The position numbers and the translations under genes are program-made. The notes under the pieces are model-generated. The model had not been told where the DNA came from. It did not search any database and saw only the letters and a program-made list of their open reading frames with translations. From an uncultured Lentisphaerales bacterium (GTDB lineage: Bacteria > Verrucomicrobiota > Lentisphaeria > JABSQK01 > CAJWLW01), in NCBI GenBank assembly GCA_964460215.1, contig CAYWQM010000015.1, forward strand, positions 1-63,032: a stretch of 63,032 nucleotides of DNA, read 5' to 3'. Shown here in pieces: positions 59,259 through 63,032 of the stretch. The stretch's first letter is position 1. Every line of letters starts with the position of its first letter.

Positions 59259-60896
59259 ATGGTCGAAGAACCTCAAAAAACTGCAAGTCCAAGCGGCGCC
59301 TGGAACAAGTCTTCGTTTCGAGCACTGCTGCAGGATGCCGACACCTTTGTTCACTGTGTAGAGCTGGTGACTTCGCGTGGGCTGATCACGGAACGCAGCG
59401 GTCGTCGCGTGCTGAAGGTGGCTCGTCAACTCGTCGAGCATCCTGACATTCATGCGCTCAGCATCACGGACAATGCTGGCGGCAACCCGATGATCAATGC
59501 CGACACGATGGGCACCGACCTCATTTCGCGTGGGCAGGAAGTGATCATCCATCTCTCGTGCAAGGACTGGAACCGCAATGCCCTGCAGGGACGTGCCTGG
59601 CAGCTGTCGAGCGACGGGTTCCGAAATATCCTGGCCCTGTCAGGCGACTGTCCCGTTGGCGGTTATCATGGCCAGGCCAGTGGCGTTTTCGACATTGATT
59701 CGGTTGGCCTGCTGCAAATGCTGAAGGAGATGAACGATGGCGGGCCGGTGGATAGTGGCAAGCCGCCGGCGCAATCTACCGAGCTTTTTCTAGGCGCTGT
59801 CGTTACCAATCACAAGAAGCTGGAGAACGAGGTGATGCCGCAGTACTTCAAGCTGGCAAAGAAAGTCCGTGCCGGTGCCGAGTTCATCATTTCGCAGATC
59901 GGCTATGATGCCCGCAAGCAGGATGAATTGATAAAGTATATGCAGATGCACAATCTGAACGTGCCGTTGGTCGGCAACGTCTACGTTCTGGGCGCCCGTG
60001 CGGCCCGCTATTTTCACTCCGGAAAAGTGCCTGGCGTCGTCGTCACCGACAAGCTCATGCAGCTGGTCGAGAAGCACGCTGCCGACGCGGACAAGGGAAA
60101 GTCCTTCTTCCTGGAATTCGCTGCGATGCAGTGTGCAATCCTCAAGGGCCTGGGGTATCGGGGCGTATATATCGGCGGTCATCTCACCTACGACGATTAC
60201 GCGCTTGTGCTCGAACGCGCCGCCAGTTACAGCGACACCGATTGGAAAACTTTTGCCGGCAACATCTGCTACCAGCAACCCGATGAATTCTTCTATTTCG
60301 AGCAGAATACGATGACGCGTCTCAACACGACGACGGTCAATCGGCTGTACAAGCGCTCCAAGGATGCGGCGATGGTCGACCAGTCTCGCCGCCGTGCCCC
60401 GATCACGTATCGCCTCAATCGAGTCCTGCACGACAAGGTATTCGAGCGCGGCACTATGGGGTTCAAGGCAGCCAGGAAAATCAGTGAGGTTGTCGACAGG
60501 GCGCCCGCTGTCATTAAAAAAATTGTCCACGGCGCCGAGCATGTCGCCAAGATCGCGACTTTCGACTGCCGGGACTGTGGTGATTGTTCACTGCCGGAGA
60601 TTGCGTACCTCTGTCCAGAGTCGCAGTGCGCCAAGAACCAGCGTAACGGTCCTTGCGGCGGTACTCGCCAGGGGAAGTGCGAAGTCGGTGAGAAGGAATG
60701 TATCTGGGCTTTGGCGTACGATCGCCTGAAAGCCTATGGTGAGGAGGAGACAATGCTTGATGGACCGGTTGTCATCAAGAACGGTGCCCTGGAGGGCACC
60801 AGTGCCTGGGCCAACCGGTTCCTCGAAAGGGACCATCAGGCAGACGACAGCGAGACAACGCCGGGAGCCGGCGTTGACAAGAAATCCAACAGTTGA
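59259..60896 (+). CDS. metF: Methylenetetrahydrofolate reductase fused to C-terminal MetV-like Cys-rich domain
   Basis: ITDNAGG, HLSCKDWNR, LALSGD, KKVRAGAEFIISQ; CRDCGDC..CPESQCAKNQRNGPCGG..CEV..CIW. Confidence 0.9.
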   Translation: MVEEPQKTASPSGAWNKSSFRALLQDADTFVHCVELVTSRGLITERSGRRVLKVARQLVEHPDIHALSITDNAGGNPMINADTMGTDLISRGQEVIIHLSCKDWNRNALQGRAWQLSSDGFRNILALSGDCPVGGYHGQASGVFDIDSVGLLQMLKEMNDGGPVDSGKPPAQSTELFLGAVVTNHKKLENEVMPQYFKLAKKVRAGAEFIISQIGYDARKQDELIKYMQMHNLNVPLVGNVYVLGARAARYFHSGKVPGVVVTDKLMQLVEKHAADADKGKSFFLEFAAMQCAILKGLGYRGVYIGGHLTYDDYALVLERAASYSDTDWKTFAGNICYQQPDEFFYFEQNTMTRLNTTTVNRLYKRSKDAAMVDQSRRRAPITYRLNRVLHDKVFERGTMGFKAARKISEVVDRAPAVIKKIVHGAEHVAKIATFDCRDCGDCSLPEIAYLCPESQCAKNQRNGPCGGTRQGKCEVGEKECIWALAYDRLKAYGEEETMLDGPVVIKNGALEGTSAWANRFLERDHQADDSETTPGAGVDKKSNS

Positions 60897-60907
60897 GGGG
60901 AAGCAGC

Positions 60908-61939
60908 ATGAGTGTACAAGATCGCCGGGACAATTTTATAATCATCGGCGAAAACATTCACACCACCCGTATCGTTTTACGCAAGGGCCGGTTCGTTGTC
61001 CAGGGGGAGGACGGTGCAGAGCGTATTCGTTTTACGACGCCGGATGGTGACCGCTTTTTGAATGTGCCGGAGAAAATGCAGCGTTCAGCAGACTTCGAAG
61101 AGGGGCGGGTCAAGTATGTCCAGGCCGGTATTCATGCCGCCATGTCGGACAACGCCGAGGAGGTTGAACTCGGCATGGCTTTCCTGCAGAACATGGTGCG
61201 GCGTCAGGTCGAAGCTGGTGCGAACTTCCTCGATCTCAATGTCGACGAAATTTCGATCCGCCGGAAGGAGCAGGAAGCGGCGATGCGTTGGTTGGTGCCG
61301 ACCATTGCCGGCATGTGCGATACGCCGCTGTCGATTGATTCCTCATGAATCGGGACGATTGCTGCAGGACTTGAAGCCGCCGACAGCGATCGTCCGGTGA
61401 TGCTTAATTCAGCTTCGCTGGAACGCCTCGATGCACTTGACCTGGCTGTGCAGTACAACTGCCACGTCATTGCTACCGCAGCCGGCTTTGATGGCATGCC
61501 GCAGAACACGGAAGAGCGCGTTGCCAACGCTTCGCAGGTTGTCGATGCCGCTGTTGATAAAGGGATTCCACTGAATCGCATCTACATCGATCCGCTCATC
61601 TTTCCGATCTCCGTGGATGCTGAGTTCGGCATTCATTGTCTCGAAGCGATTCGACAGTTACGTGAGAAGTATGGGGCGGAGGTACACATAAGCGGTGGCT
61701 TCAGCAATGTCTCCTTTGGTATTCCAGTGCGGCGTTTGGTGAATGACGCCTTCACGAATCTGGCTGATGATGCGGGTGCCGACAGCGGCATCATCGATCA
61801 TGAGACCAGTCCATTAGAGCGTGAGTTTTCGGCCGATCGCGAGTCCGGGCCGTACAAGCTGGCCGAGAGCATGTTGCTGGGGAACGATGAGTTCTGCAAG
61901 ACCTATCTGAAGGCCTTTCGCGCCGGTGAGCTCCAGTAG
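60908..61939 (+). CDS. AcsE/MeTr-like methyltetrahydrofolate:corrinoid methyltransferase (pterin-binding domain) with in-frame UGA at codon 147 (recoded or pseudogene)
   Basis: IIGENIH, QVEAGANFLDLNV, PLSIDSS*IGTIAAGLE, MLNS, IDPLIFPI, GGFSNVSFG. The same frame continues across TGA 61346. Confidence 0.85.
61349..61398 (+). other. Stem-loop immediately 3' of in-frame UGA (SECIS-like)
   Basis: ATC(G)GGACGATTGCTG pairs with CAGCGATCGTCCGGT (15 bp including 2 G-U, one bulge); small inner hairpin GG(A)CT-TGA-AGCC. Confidence 0.5.
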
Positions 61940-61965
61940 GTTCGGCGTGGGCGCAGCGGCTGGGG

Positions 61966-62736
61966 TTATGGTACTTCGTGAACTGCCCAGGCATTGTGAT
62001 CGCTCGTCTGCTGGCTCCAGCCCGTGTGTCCGTCGCCGTAGAGAAGGTTGAACCCGTCGTTGTGCTGGTAGCCCACCTTGCGGTCGCTGGTGGTGCCGTT
62101 CAGGCTTGAGTTGACCTTGCCGTTGCCGTTCTGGTCCAATTGCCCGTGGTCGGTCTGGTCGAATCGCTGGATGGCGATCGAGGAAGATGGCGAGGAAAAC
62201 TGGGCGTTGGGCGAATCCACGATAAGTATTTTTGAGGAAATATCGGTGATTCGATTGAAACGGACCGGGTAGGTACTGTTGTCTGTCGTCCAGCCGAAAG
62301 TTGTTGTCGGCATGAACCCCGTCAGCGTGGCGCCGGCCCATCTCGCCCCTGACGTGCCGGGTGCGATTGCATTCATGATGTAGGTCGCATCGGTGAGCTC
62401 ATTATATTTTCCCTGGCCACCGAATGGATTAAACATATTGGCCTGGTCGACGGCGGGGCAGCGCACAAAATCCGCGTCTTGTCCGGCAAGATCCACGTAC
62501 AGATAGTTCAACCAATGGCCGACTGGATCATCAGGTTGCACCGGGAACAGGAAACCCTCGTTGTCGGCGGCATACATCTGAGCCGAGGTCCCGAACTGCT
62601 TGAGGTTCGACATGCATTTTATGCCCACGGCTTTTGCTTTTGTCTTATTGAGTGCCGGCAGCAGCATGGACGCCAGGATGGCGATGATGGTAATCACCAC
62701 CAATAGTTCGATCAACGTAAATCGTTGTGATCGCAT
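61966..62736 (-). CDS. Prepilin-type N-terminal cleavage/methylation protein (DUF1559-like) with H-X9-DG motif
   Basis: [44 protein letters not shown]. Confidence 0.92.
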   Translation of the reverse strand: MRSQRFTLIELLVVITIIAILASMLLPALNKTKAKAVGIKCMSNLKQFGTSAQMYAADNEGFLFPVQPDDPVGHWLNYLYVDLAGQDADFVRCPAVDQANMFNPFGGQGKYNELTDATYIMNAIAPGTSGARWAGATLTGFMPTTTFGWTTDNSTYPVRFNRITDISSKILIVDSPNAQFSSPSSSIAIQRFDQTDHGQLDQNGNGKVNSSLNGTTSDRKVGYQHNDGFNLLYGDGHTGWSQQTSDHNAWAVHEVP

Positions 62737-63032
62737 TGAACGCGTTCCTGGAAGGCACGGGTTTCCGGGTGCTGGAGATGATGTGGCGCCGTGGCAATAA
62801 CTATGGGGGCGGGCGATTCGATTGCAACTGGCGTATAGGAATCGTCTTTTTTCGTCGAACGGTCGACGCGGCCAACGCTCAACTCAGTGCTATTGCATAT
62901 CGAACATCTGCCCATGGCATGAAGAGCGCGAGAAAGCATTAGGGCTATTCAAATGTCACAGTAGTTCCCAGGCTCATCACCACATAGCCTTTGCCGTACT
63001 CGAATTCCACTGCATTGATATAACGTTGCCTG

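Overview
A roughly 63 kb bacterial chromosomal window. The likely source is the PVC superphylum (Lentisphaerota/Verrucomicrobiota-like), inferred from a DUF1559-type prepilin-like gene with an H-X9-DG motif and a Chlamydia/Bacteroidota-style ParE/ParC pair. Most of it is housekeeping and envelope genes: tRNA-Ser(GGA), der, maf, hisI, hisG, parE/parC, uppP, argG, rnc, recJ, gcvH, rlmB-like and several GT-C glycosyltransferases. Five things stand out. (1) A seven-gene corrinoid-dependent methyl-transfer operon at 54812-61939 encodes an MtaA/CmuA-family methyltransferase, a corrinoid protein, an ASKHA/RACo activator, a MetF-MetV fusion, an AcsE-like pterin-binding methyltransferase and two small Cys/His proteins I cannot assign. 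(2) The last gene of that operon has an in-frame UGA followed immediately by a ~15-bp SECIS-like hairpin. (3) The glycine cleavage operon has decayed: gcvT is deleted and frameshifted, gcvPA/gcvPB have collapsed into one short chimeric ORF, and gcvH is intact. (4) Four otherwise intact genes are each broken by a single in-frame stop (TAG, TAA, TAG, TGA). (5) A GH42-like/thioredoxin-fold fusion appears to have lost catalytic residues in both domains. I saw no CRISPR array, integrase, transposase or rRNA. All product calls come from motif recognition only; no database search was run.
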